Assembly (NCBI GenBank): GCA_013265495.1
Contig: MU057959.1
Coordinates: forward strand, 261,202-325,201
Origin: Vicugna vicugna
Taxonomy: Eukaryota
Reading direction: 5' to 3'
DNA length: 64,000 nucleotides
This document shows, in pieces, positions 13,245-25,084 of the stretch. The notes beneath the pieces were generated by a model. That model did no database searches. It worked only from the letters and a program-made list of their open reading frames with translations, and was not told where the DNA came from. Made by a program: the position numbers and the translations under genes. How positions within the stretch are numbered: position 1 is the first letter of the stretch; the number at the start of each line of letters is the position of its first letter.

Positions 13245-14159
13245 AAGGAAACAAAACATTAGTGATACCAGTGAACTATGATTATTCCACATCTTTGCAC
13301 CTGAATTACTGAAAGAAAGAGACGAATATCAGGGTAGATTATATGCGGATGAACATGTTTCATTACAACAAGTGTGTTCCTGTGTCTGAAGGGAATGGTC
13401 TCGTATTGGTAGGGGCTGCATGCGCACCATGAAGTGACTTTTTATGCCACTATTTCATTGTCTAAGTGCCCTGTCTGGGGCATGACATGGAATGCCGTGG
13501 CTGTCCTTTGCCCTGGCCATGCCCTGAAGCCCCAGTTGAGTAAAGGACTTTAAATGGCTAATTCCTGCCAACACTGCAATGATTTTTTTTAAGATGGCTT
13601 CTGAATGTAATTGTCTTGATCCACCACACAGAGCAATCAAACGTAGACTCTAAATACCCTGGTTTTGCAAAGGAAACAGGTTTGTTTTATGAAAGAAAAG
13701 GATGAAGAAAAAAGTTGAGTGAAGCAGGGGTATCAGCTTTCTCATAGCCCTGTCACCTGTGCAGAATATCTGAGTAGAGTCTTCTCAGGGCTGGAAGTTC
13801 TCTCCGTGCATGGGGATGAACTACAGTGGGAGAATTCTTGATGGCAACACACAGGCAGGAGTGCTTGATCGCTGGCTGTCTTCAGCCCCAGATCCTTGTC
13901 TAAAGGGACCAGCTCGATAGTGAGCCCCTTCTCTGTGTCTTCTCTGGAAGATGCAAAAAGTGCACCATCATGACTGGGTCTTCACTTCTGACTTCCCATG
14001 TTTCTTTATGTTCTGAAGAACATGGATGGTCTCATGCTAAATAACCACTCAATCTTCCCCAAGATTGTGAGATTTCAACTCATGGTTTCACTCTCACTAG
14101 ATTTATCTTTTATTCATTTATATGATCAAGAAAGCCGGGGTCCAGCAGGAGGCAGGCTT

Positions 14160-14702
14160 ATGGTCCAATCCCCTTGAGTGTCGGAACATCTGAGCATCAC
14201 GGGATGAGCTGTCACTCCCGTGATTAGACTGTGTCACAAGACACGGTTGATTTCATCAGATGGAGATGATCCTTGCTGGGCCCGGCCTAACTGGGTTAGA
14301 CTTTCAAAAGGAGAGCGTTCTTCCCTGCAAGAGAGATTCAAAGCACGAAAGGAATTCCAGCAGAGGGAGATTCTACATGGCTGTCTGTGAAGCCTGGACA
14401 GCCCCTTGTGACAAGGAATGCAGGTGGCGCCAGCAGCTGAGCTCAGCCCCCATTGAGGAAAGGAGCCAGCAAGGAGCTGGGGATGGGATTCCTACAGCCA
14501 CAAGGAGCTGGATTTTGCAACCACTTAAGACTGAAAAAAAGACTCTGAGCTCAAGAAGAGACCAGGTCAACTCCTTAATGTGAGTCTCATGAAGATACTC
14601 AACACAATGACAGAGTGATGATTTTCAGGACTGTCTTAGCGTTGTTTCAGGCCACTTCGTTTGTGGTCATTTGTGATGTAGCAATTAAAAAAAATGGATG
14701 TA
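14160..14702 (+). mobile_element. MaLR LTR (MLT1E-like)
   Basis: CCCTTGAGTG, CACTCCCGTGATTAG, GGAGATGATCCTTGCTGGGCCCGGCCTAA, CCTACAGCCACAAGGAGCTGGATTTTGC, GCCACTTCGTTTGTGGTCATTTGTGATGTAGCAAT. Confidence 0.75.
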
Positions 14703-16419
14703 GGACCTAATAATTGTTGAATCCTACAGTGGTCAGGGCAAACCTTAGCCATAGTAAGGGGGAAAAAAGGCATCCTTGTGGCAATGTATTTATGGTCCCT
14801 ACAAGATCACTTTTATTTTTCTTTTAAACAGCAGTTTCCACAGTACGACTACCAAGTCTTCTCAAAAGTGAGATTAACTTCCGCTGCACTCCTGGGAAAT
14901 TCCTCATTCACAGATACCATTTATATTTATTTTTCAGATCCAAAAATGCTATGTGACCAAAACCAGATTTTATGAAATATTTATAACTGGCTCACATTTT
15001 ATTCGCAATTTGGAAACATGATCCCATCGAGAAGATATTTCTTAATAGAAACAGTGCTGCAGATCTATGACAAAGACAGTGTACTCTCAAGAAATGTAAA
15101 AACTTCAACTCTCCATGTCTGTCCAATTATTTTACCTGTAACTCACAAAGAGTGAGATTATTATATAAATGTTAATGATCCCTTGCCCTTTTTTTCCCCC
15201 CAGAAGCTTAGCATATTTATAAGTAGGGCATTGATTTTTTTTTAGCATGATTCTTTCAAATGAGATTATTCTGTCAGAATGCACTCAATAATTGATGAAG
15301 ACTGTGATTAAAACTGTCTGTCAATATTCACCACATGGATGATGACTCAGCAGAATGCGTAGCTTCACCTTCTATCTGTGTGCATTTCTAGAAGGATACG
15401 TTGCAGAGGACGTGTTTATTACACCTTAGGTAGCCGTTTCGCCGCTTTGAGAAACACTGTCACACTTCTGTCCGCAATGACAGATCCATTGGGCTCACAT
15501 TTATATGCTCCCGAAATGTCCACAGTACATAATTATTGAGAATCGCGTGTTGCAGGACTTCCAGTCTTCCATCTCAGATTTCTCAAAGAATTGTAAGTAG
15601 AAGACCGATACCTGTTATTGTTAAACATCCCTGATGTGAAGGCATGTAAAGATCTATATTTCTTGTGGATGTGATTCAGAGATTTAGTAATTCTAAGACG
15701 CGGTGATTAACAAGGTCGACCAGAAAGCTGAGAAGCATGCAGCTTTGGTAAATTATTCTCTCTGTTTACTTTCTCTCGGGAATGCTTCACCCTGGAGGGA
15801 GCACCCGAGTAAGTCCCTCCTTTTCTTTCACTTTGCTGGAACTCCAGGGAACACGAGAGAAAGAATGGCACGAGCTGCTCCCAGTTTACTATATAAGGGG
15901 ACGTTATCTCATGGCCCAATTCAGAGAGATGGAATAAGGCAACTCAGATTAGATGCCCTTCCTGGGGTCAACACACACTGCGGTCGGAGGCGCTGTGAAC
16001 TTGTAGGAACACAGAAGCTACCTCAGTGGGAAGGAGTGGGGGGGGATGTCCACACACAAGGCTGACTGGGTACCAGATGGTGACACCGTGAGGGTAGACA
16101 GTTACTGCAGGTTGACTCAGAGCCCCGCCACGCGCACAGAAGGCCACGGGATTCTTCAGAGGGACTTGCTGGACAAGATACGACTTGAAACGGACGTCAA
16201 AGGAGACGTGATGGAGAGTTTTGCTGTTCTGGAGACTTGGGGGGGTTCAGCAAGGAGACATTCAGCGAAAGCCTGGTGGGACAGAACACTGGTTTTGACA
16301 AGACGGCCATGTTGACTTCCTCTTCTCCCCTTCCAGTCACGTTTCCTGGTGTAATGAGTCTTTCTCCAGTGAGATTCGTAAATCCAGGCCCATTCTCTGA
16401 ATTTAAGAAGAGGTCATTA

Positions 16420-16777
16420 GGGAGATGGCAAGAAGGCAGAGTAGACGCATGCATAGCTCACCCTCCCCCACGAATGCATCAAAAATGCACCTACATACGA
16501 ACAATTAGCACACGATACCTGCTCATTTGGCAAAGTATCTCTTACTTCAGAAATGCAAGAAGAATCCTCACAAAAAAAAAAGGATAAACAACAAGTTTAT
16601 ACTGCAAAATACAGCACAGGGAGTTATATTCAATATCTTGTGGTCACCTGTAATGAGAAGGAAAATGAAAAGGAATATATGTATGCGTATGCATGACTGA
16701 AACATGATGCTGGGCACCAGACATGAACACAACCCTGTAGACTGACTAGACTTCGATTAAAAAAAAAAAGAAAAGAA
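16420..16777 (+). mobile_element. internally deleted L1 (5' UTR start fused to 3' UTR plus A tail)
   Basis: 16420-16571 resembles a laurasiatherian L1 5' end. 16582-16760 is L1 3' UTR (GATAAACAACAAGTTTATACTG..GCACAGGG). A-rich tail. TSD AAGAAGAGGTCATTA (16405-16419) / AAGAAAAGCTCATTA (16778-16792), 13/15. Confidence 0.8.
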
Positions 16778-18455
16778 AAGAAAAGCTCATTAATTCAGAG
16801 CCTACAAGGTGCCAGGAGAAGTCAGTTCAGGACTGTCGAGTTTTCACATTCCTGCAGGAGCCAAATGCGTTGAATGAATACAGGTCAAAAAGAAAAAAGA
16901 ATGTTTTTGCACTCTTCCCAGAACGGATAGAGACTGGGAGACAGGTGAGTTTGGGGGGCTGTCAGGGAAGCTGAAATACTGATCCTTCTGGTGGGGAGCC
17001 TGGCGACGCGCCCAGGTGTGCAGGTGTCCTGGGGGGGCTGTGATCCCGCAGGTGGGAACGGCCCCGCCCGTCGGGGGCGCGTGGCGACTGGGGGCGGGGG
17101 AGTACCTTTGACCCGAAGGGGATAAGCAGACACACAGCAGTGCCCAGCACAGCTCCACCCCTGAGGACCACATGGCAATGAGCACGTCACGAGGAAGAAA
17201 GTCTGAAGGGAACGCCGAAGGCAAGATGGCCCTTCCTTGCCGACCCCCACCACCCCCCAACCATCAGTGAGAACCCTGAAACGCGGAGTCAGAGCAAGAA
17301 CCCCAGTGAACAAAAAAACACATTTGCAGCCATCTGGGGAAGTGGGAGCGAAAAACAAAAATTCAGCTGTTGTTGGAAAAAACAAGTGTTATCTTACTGC
17401 ACACAGGTCGGTACCCAACGATGCCAGCGTTTTCGTCAACCCCTTCCATCCCGGAATAGCATTCTGGTTATTTTTAACGTCCAGTCCAGTGTCACTAGCT
17501 GTGGTCTTGCAGGTTCCATCCATTGCCTTCCCCCCGGGGACGCCTGTCCGTATTAGGGTCTCCTGCAAAATGTTCGTTTTCAACTTGCTGACTTGTAGGA
17601 AGACTTCACCATAGATTTAAAGAGGGAGAAATCTTTACAAATAGTTAACAAGCAAATGAGCGACAACATTAAGGAGCAGGGCGACGCCGGCCCTACCCTG
17701 GGAACCTCCAGGGAAGGCCGTGCCCAGAGTTGGCCCCGGCTGAGGGTCTCCGACACGCCGCTGGTCATTACATGTTGAATCCAGCCATCAGTGGCCAGGC
17801 TCCTGCATGTCCTTTCCCGGGACACGAGGACTGCATCCAGCCAGAATTCACCCCACGGCCCAATCCAGAGGAGAAAGCTGTGTTTACATAAGGTCTGAGG
17901 AGGAGGGAAGTTAGTCTGATTAGAAATTAAAAGGCTAAGGTGGCTGTGGAAGGTAAATTAGCTGGAGAAGAAACCTAATAATGTGTCGCACAGAGCATGT
18001 TTTCCCTGGGAGTCCATGTCCTCTTTCTCAAGAGGAGTTAGAGGTGAGGGTTTCCAGGGGCTTTGGGACATCTTACTCTTACCACCTGTATTGTGGGAGG
18101 GGGTTAACGGGCTGTGAAGTGGACCCTGGTAGGAGGGAGAGAGGTACAGAAAACAGGACATGGAATGTTGACAGAGCATTGCGTCACTGTAGGACAGAGG
18201 ACACCCCTCACTGTGTTCTTGCACCTTGTCCATTCCTGCATCGTCATCTTCATTTGATGAAGATGTGTTAACATCCTGCAACGTGTAAGAGTCGTCCTAG
18301 GGGCTAAGATGTGTGCTGCCTGCCCTCCGAGACTTTCCATTCCACTAGTGAGGTAGACACCTGCGTGACACAGCCCGTCCACGGCCCGCACGGGGGCCGG
18401 GGGAGCTGTGGACCACGTGCTGCGGAAGACGGGGTCCAGGGTGGCGAAGGCCTTC

Positions 18456-19088
18456 TGTTACCCAGCTGGGGTCCGGCTGCTCAGCCCTCAAACATCAACC
18501 CCCAGGAGAGGCAAAGGTTGGTACAGAGGAAAGTTGCTTTTCGTCACAATGCCGGCAATCTGGGGAGAAGGGAGACTCACGTTCCCCCAAAACCAACTCC
18601 CGAGATTCTGCTCAGCCATGAAAGTTTTAAAGGGAAAAAAGGGACGTGATGTCAGTGTCACTGAGGTGGGGGTCTGAGTCGCCGTGCCCCCACCCCACTA
18701 CCTCCAGGCCCGTCGACCCCTCCTGATCTTTCTTTGGCCGCGATCTTGTTCGCACAGTCTGTTGGCGAGATGACTGAGGGGGAGGCTACGCAAGACATGT
18801 GATCGTCTGTTAATGGCTTCTCCTCCCTTCCCACGTCTTTGGTCTACGGAGAGAACCAACGGGTTGGGCAACGGATTGTGTGATGAGAGGATTTGAAAGG
18901 TGTGCAGGTGACTGGAGCCTGGGTTGGGGCAGGGGCGGTGCCTGATTTAAAAGTTAGTCACAGAGGACCTTTGCTGGAATGACAAGACAGAAGGGTCTCC
19001 TGCTGAGGACGGTTTCCTGCAAAGAGCTGCTTACGCTTCTGGAGAAGTGAGGGAGGTTAAGAGAAAAGGGGGCATTTGCTCTGAAACA
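18456..19088 (-). mobile_element. ERV solo LTR (probably ERV1), family unassigned
   Basis: TGTTACCC...CTGAAACA termini about 630 bp apart. GAGAGGCAAAGGTTGG..GGAAAGTTGCTTT..ATGCCGGCAA pattern typical of antisense ERV1 LTR U5/R. No clear TSD. Confidence 0.65.
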
Positions 19089-19349
19089 TTTGTTGTGGGC
19101 TCTAGGCTTTTTTAGAGGGTGGGGGTGGTTTGGTTTTTTTGTTTTCTTTTTTTGTGTTGCATTTTGGTTTTGTATCCACCCCTGGTGAGGTCATTGAAAG
19201 AAAGGGCAGGCAGACATGAACAAATCCGTCACCACCTGGGAACGTGTTACTTGTAACCGTTGCATCGTCCAAACTCACAGCACTGATGCGTCCTTGCTAC
19301 GCTCTCCCTTGAAATTATGCACACATCACGGTGAGTTAGGATGCTCTCC

Positions 19350-19675
19350 TAGTGAACCCGGGCTGCTGTCACTAAACAGCCCAGACTGGGTGGCTTAAGG
19401 GACACAGATTTGTTTTCTCACGCTTCCGTCGGCTGGAAGACTGACAGGTAGGGCTCTCTTCCTAGCCTGCAGACAGCTGCCTTCTTGCTGGCTCCTCCCG
19501 TGGCCGAGAGAGAGACAGAGAGAGAGAGAGAGCGCCATCTCTCTGCTGTTTGTTCTCATAAGGACGATACCTGCATTTTGAGGTCCTCACGCACATGACC
19601 TCTGTAACCCAACCACTCCCTCCAAGATCCCTTCTCCAGAAACCATCACATGGGGCTTAAAGTTTCAACATGCGA
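19350..19675 (-). mobile_element. MaLR LTR (MLT1A-like)
   Basis: GGGCTGCTGTCAC..AGACTGGGTGGCTTAA..TTTTCTCAC..GGCTGGAAG, CATGACCTC, ACCATCACATGGGG..TTTCAACAT. Confidence 0.8.
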
Positions 19676-19937
19676 TCAGCAGACGAGCTGAAGGCCCTTC
19701 AGCCTGAATCTGCTGAACGGTTTACAAATGGAAAACGACGCAGCCTTTGATCACGGCGGTGTATTTTTGCAGAAAAAATATAACAGTTAGGCAAATAACA
19801 CTTAGTATGCTGCTAAAAGGAACATCAGTGAAGGGTTTCAAACGTGTAAGAGGCACACAGACGACATATTTACAGGCAAGGTTCATGCATTTTTTCTTAA
19901 TAGGCAAGGATCTATTAGTCTAAAAAAGGATACCCAG

Positions 19938-20347
19938 GGCGGGGAGGGGAGAGCTCAGTGGTAGAGCATGTGCTTACCACGCACGAGGTCCTGGGTTCCA
20001 TCCCCAGTCCCTCCATTAAAACAAGTCAATAGGGGACGGGGGTGGGAACGGATAGACAGGGAGTGTGAGATTTGCAGAAACTGACTGGTATGTATAAAGG
20101 AGATAAGCAAGTTTATACTGTAGAGCTCAGGGAAATATATGCAATATTTTGTAGTAGCTCATGGTGAAAAATAGTATGAAAGTGAATGTATGTATATTCA
20201 TGTATGACGGAAGCACTGTGCTGTGCAGCAGAAATTAGCACAATATTAAAAAACTGACTATAACTCAATAAAATAAAATAAAGCCAAATAAAATAAATAA
20301 GTAAATATGTAAAAACTAATTATCTATCCTCCTCTCCCCCCAAAAAA
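19938..20347 (+). mobile_element. vic-1-type SINE split by an L1 3' fragment
   Basis: Head 19938-20031 (GAGCTCAGTGGTAGAGC..GGTTCCATCCC). Tail resumes at 20308 (AACTAATTATC..CCCCCCAAAAAA). Flanks GATACCCAG / GATATCCAG are TSD-like. Confidence 0.85.
20032..20294 (+). mobile_element. L1 3' UTR fragment inserted in SINE
   Basis: GAGATTTGCAGA..CAAGTTTATACTGTAGAGC..CTGACTATAACTCAATAAAA. TSD AAACAAGTCAATA (20019-20031) / AAATAAGTAAATA (20295-20307). Confidence 0.85.
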
Positions 20348-21565
20348 GAGATATCCAGACTACAAATGTACAGGCAAGGATCCATTAGTCTAAAAAAGAT
20401 ACATATTTATGGGCAAGGTAGGTCTAGAAGTACCTAAAAAAGATTAATTTGAAAGAAGCAGATGTTATGCATTTCTGCTCCAGACAGAGGGCGTCTCTGT
20501 ATACAACCCTGTCGTGCCTAGGGGCACCCCCTACAGACAATGCAGAGATGGACACTTTGACGCCAAACTCTCCGTGTCGCAGGAAATACCTATTTTTTCA
20601 TCAGTCAGTGACACCGATAGAAATCAAATTTCTGTAACTAACATACCAAAAAAAGCCCCAGAGGATGAGTGTGTTTCATTTTCTACGAAACCTCCTAGAG
20701 AAACAGGAGGAGAGACGTGAGCTGTCTCCCCACCCCCTAACCTCGCATCCAGGGGAGAAATCACCCCTTCAGGGTGTTGGAAAGATGTGACTGTGCAAAC
20801 CCCAGGTGCTCCTTACTCTGTCACGGCACATAGACCCACTTGTGTCTTCCACAAGGTACCACCTAACTTGCGTTTTTGGCACAGAGTTGGTGGGGTGTCA
20901 CGTCCAACTCATACTGGCTTGGGAGAGGAGATTATTCCACTTTCCAGAATTTTCTGAGCTGCTCCATGTCACTCAGGTAGCTTCAAATGTTCATCGAAGG
21001 GGATAGTGACATCAAATAACTTGGGAACGGCTTACAAATTAGGACTCCCCCCCCCCCACTGCAGACAGTTCCTAAATATTCACCAGCAGACTGTTGCATA
21101 AAACTCAGATATTTGATTTATTCCTTGAATGTTACCAAGCCAAGTCTGCCACTTGCCATTTGCTTATATATGAGTCGTTTCCTTCTGTCTGTTACGGACC
21201 AGAGTTTCTTGTTAGCTCTGGTGCTGCCGATAGGAGTCAAAATGTCTAATGTGATCCAATAGTGCGACCTGCAGTGACACAAAGGGTACCTGCCTCCTGT
21301 GCAGCCAAGACGGTTTGGACCTCGGTCTCCCTGCTCCTCTCCACGAAGGGCGCCTCTACGCCCTAGACAGATGAAGCACCGCCACAGGAGACATCTGAAA
21401 GGTGAGAAGAGGAAGGCAGACTGGTTTAGAATCTCAGAACAGGAGGAAGGACAGGGGTCTTAGGATGTCCTTTCTAAAAAGGAGGCAAGTTCTCAGACCT
21501 GGTGTCCCCCGACCTCCATCCTTGCATCCGAGCGTGGCTCTGGGAATTAGCCTTTTCTACCTGAG

Positions 21566-23010
21566 AATAATTCATATGCAAAGACTGTGAACCTAAAATA
21601 GTTGAAACCATCTGAAAAAGAAGCATCTAGTAAGAAGTGTCATGCTGTCTTATAAGAAGTCTTGCCTCACGTCCGTAGTCATCAAGACAGCGTGGTTCGT
21701 TGGTGGAGGGACCCACACAGCTTGGTGGAACACAGCCGTGAGCCCAGAAATAGACCCACACAACCTACAACCCACCTTTCAACTGATTTCTGACAAAGTT
21801 GCAAAAAGCAGTTTACTGGAGGAAAGCTCGCTTGTCAACAAATGGTGTTGGAGCAATTAGACATCCATGCGTAGGCATCCAAGAAACAAGTCGAAACCTC
21901 CTCCAAAAATCTTGTACAAAAATGAACTCAGAGTGGATCATAGACTCCAGTGCAAAAGCGTTACTTATAAAGAAAAATACAGGGGGGCAATTTTGCCATC
22001 AAGGCTAGGCTAAGAGCTGTTAGACTTGACCACAAACCCTTAAACACAAGATCCATGAAGAGGGGAACAATGATGATGCATGAAAATTAGAAACATTTGC
22101 TGTTTGAAAGCTCGTGTGAAGACAATGAAAAGACGGATTACATACCAGGAGAAAACATTTGCCAAGTCCACGTCCAATACAGGACGAGTATCCAGAATTC
22201 TTAAAGAATCCGCAAGGCTCAACCATTTTTGTAAAATCCACTTTGAATCGGCAGAGCACAGAGCACGTGGGGGGCAATCGAACTGTTCTGTGGCCACAAT
22301 GGTGGATACATGTCATTGTACCGCCAGACGTGCTCCAAACCCAGGATGAACACTACCAACAGTGACCCTGAGTGTCAACTGTGGAAGTCAAGTGATGATA
22401 CATTCTCTTGTAGGTGTGGACAAAGAATGTCCCCTGTCGCTTAAGAAAACAAAGGAGGTTCCAGCCATCAAGCCATCACCACTGCAGCCACAACCTCCCA
22501 TCAGTGGTGCCCCCTGAGGGGGTTTGGGATGGAGAAAAACAGGACACTGGCTGTAGATTAAGATGCACATCAAAGGAATTACTCCAGTGAGCCCAGACTC
22601 TTGGCATCTTCCCACACATAGAAAAATACTAAAAGCATTGATCTGCCTTGTCTGGTTTTCTTTAATTAATAGTAATCTTTTGCTGTTCTGACTACCTGGG
22701 CTTTCTTTTTTCCTGCAAGACAAACAAACAAAAAACTATGTAACCTGGCTCATCCCTTACCTCCTGGGAACAGTCCCCCAGAGCGATCTGACAGGCTGTC
22801 TCCCGGGCTTCAGTCCTCAGAGAGTCCCCTGAATTAAATATAATTGTCAGCTTTTAGGTTGTGCATTTTGTTTTCCATGGCGGTAGGTCCCACACTACTG
22901 CAAGATACCAATTGTAGTGGGAACCATGTGTATCCCGAGCAAGTATACAGGAACGCTTTCTACTTTCTGCACAACTTTTCTGTAACCTTAATGCTGCTCT
23001 AGAGAAAAAA
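21566..23010 (+). mobile_element. old L1 (L1MC-like) ORF2 remnant and 3' UTR, interrupted by an LTR
   Basis: Translation VVIKTAWF..SPEIDPH..QLISDKVAK..SLVNKWCWSN matches the L1 ORF2 C-terminal region, frameshifted. 3' UTR motifs ATGGTGGATACATGTCATT and TACTTTCTGCACAACTTTTCTGTAA lie either side of the LTR. Confidence 0.88.
22415..22882 (+). mobile_element. ERV solo LTR nested in L1, family unassigned
   Basis: Starts TGTGGACAAAG. Ends TTTTAGGTTGTGCATTTT..CG (CA mutated). Perfect 5-bp TSD GTAGG (22410-22414 / 22883-22887). Confidence 0.82.
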
Positions 23011-24262
23011 GTCTCCCTCTCTTTTTTTTTTTTTTTTTAAGAGTAAGATAATCCATAATGTCAGCTGAATTTTGCTCAGTTTGCCATGGACACGGGGAAA
23101 ATTGCAATTTGAATCTTGACTGACCTTGTGCCTATTTCTTGAAGGAAATGAGTTGCAAATGGTGTGAAAATTAGTCCAAATAAATCGCTGGTGGCGAGAG
23201 GCACACTGAGTTTTAAAATTTGCCTTGCAATATACAGGGATGTTTGGAAGACATGAAGAATACACGTTAATGTGGAAAGCGTGTTATACAATTGGTGAAG
23301 ACTTGATTTTGGTTGGATAAGCCAGATCAAGTTAGTAAGGTAATCTTACTGTTTTCCTTTGTAGAAAATGATCTCTTTAAAAAATGTATCTGGCTATAAA
23401 GAATAGTCAATTACACTGAAATTTACAATAGGCTGTTACAAATACAACTAAATATTTTAATTATTTTAGCATCCAGGACCCAGTAAGGTAAATGTTAACG
23501 TCCAGCTCTCATGTTCAATTTTATAATTTACAGTTACACCAAAATTCAGAAATGATTCATGTGATATTCCTAGGGGTAAGGAATTAATAACTCTATTTCT
23601 TTGCATTAATAAGTCAAGCATTTTATCCAGAGGAACTTTTTTTTTCTTCTTCTTCTTCTTCTTTCACATTTTTTTTTCAGGTCAAACTGAAATATTTTCT
23701 TCTTTGAAGATGAAGTTCCCTCATTAATATTCTGAGTCAATTTTTCCCCCAAAAAAGAAATTTGAGTGAGAAGCATTAAGTGGAACGGAGTCCAAAAGCA
23801 ATAATATAAACATTAAAAACAAGCAAACAAAAAAGTCTCCACCTGACCAAAATATAATCCCTGCACTTGATTTTCTGGGAAAAGAAGCAAAAGAGCAGTG
23901 TTAGGAATTCTTGCATTCCCTGTAACCCACCAAAAATAGATCTGTAAGAAATGAGTTGACATACAAGCGTATTCAGTCCCTTTCGTCATGTCTTTTTTTT
24001 TTTAAGAATACAAATGTGTAGCCATCTGACAAGAAAGAGAAGGTAAGATACGGCAAGTAAAAGTGCCCAGTTATGTTGAAATAGAACACTGACTTCAGAA
24101 TCCTTCTCTACTTTTGGTGCCGTAAACATACCCTTGAGAGAACTAACACCTTAGCTCCAAAGAGCCTCGGAATGGTTTCTTCAAACTTTAACACAGCTTC
24201 TGCCCAACTGTAATCAAAATTTTTTCTGAAAAAATAAGATTATTCATGAAGGATATTGGGGG

Positions 24263-24652
24263 CCCCCATGATTGAATTGTGTCCCCTCAAAATTCGTATT
24301 TTGAATCTCTTAACACCCAGGATCTCAAAATGTGGTGTATTTGGAGATTGGGTCTTGAAAGAGGTGGTGAAGGTAGAATGAGGTCACTAGGGTGGATCCT
24401 GATCCCATAGGACTGGGGTCCTTATAAGAAGAGGAGATGAGGACACAGACGCACATACAGGGACGCCCACGGGAGGACACAGGGAGGAGACGGCCGTCCA
24501 CACACCAAGGGGGGAGGGCTCAGGAGACACCAGCCCTGCTCACACCCTGATCTCAGATCCCAGCTTCCAGGCCTGGGAGGGAATAAATGTCCCTTGTGTA
24601 AACTACCCGAGTCTGGAGGGCACCGTTATGGCAGCCCTCGCAGACAAAGACA
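24263..24652 (+). mobile_element. MaLR solo LTR (MLT1B-like)
   Basis: TTGAATTGTGTCCCCTCAAAATTCGTAT start, GGTCCTTATAAGAAGAGG, AATAAATGT, GTTATGGCAGCCCT..AAGACA end. Paralogue of 7746-8131. Confidence 0.9.
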
Positions 24653-25084
24653 GGTGCTGTCCATGGTCCTCAAGCATAAAAATTACATGCAGTGATGTTC
24701 AGGGTGGTCGCTGAGAGACGAAGGGGGCATACGCTAACCAAGAATTTATTTCAGAGGCACAGATAGAGCCGCTGGTCATTTCCACTGGACAGACTTTCCC
24801 TCCTGGGGAGGATCCATCTCGTTTCCTAGGTGACTGATTCTCCGTCACCACGCTGGAGGTTCCGATGAGAGCCTTGGAGGGTTTGGACCCCTGTGTCCCT
24901 TCTTCACAGCACCGATTCCGGAGCAGGACCTGCTTGCCCGTGTGTGAAACACTCCCCGTCTCTCTTGAGTGCCCACCTCTCAGATGAGATGCTTTGAAGT
25001 TGCGCTCCTTCCTCTTAGAATAGGCACTTGATTTTGTGTGTGCGTGTGTGTGTGTGTGCTTGCTTTTTTGTTTTTCTTTGATTG

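Noticed and set aside
12810..13292. His/Pro/Ser/Ile-rich ORFs
   Set aside because: They are translations of the (TCCA)n simple repeat.
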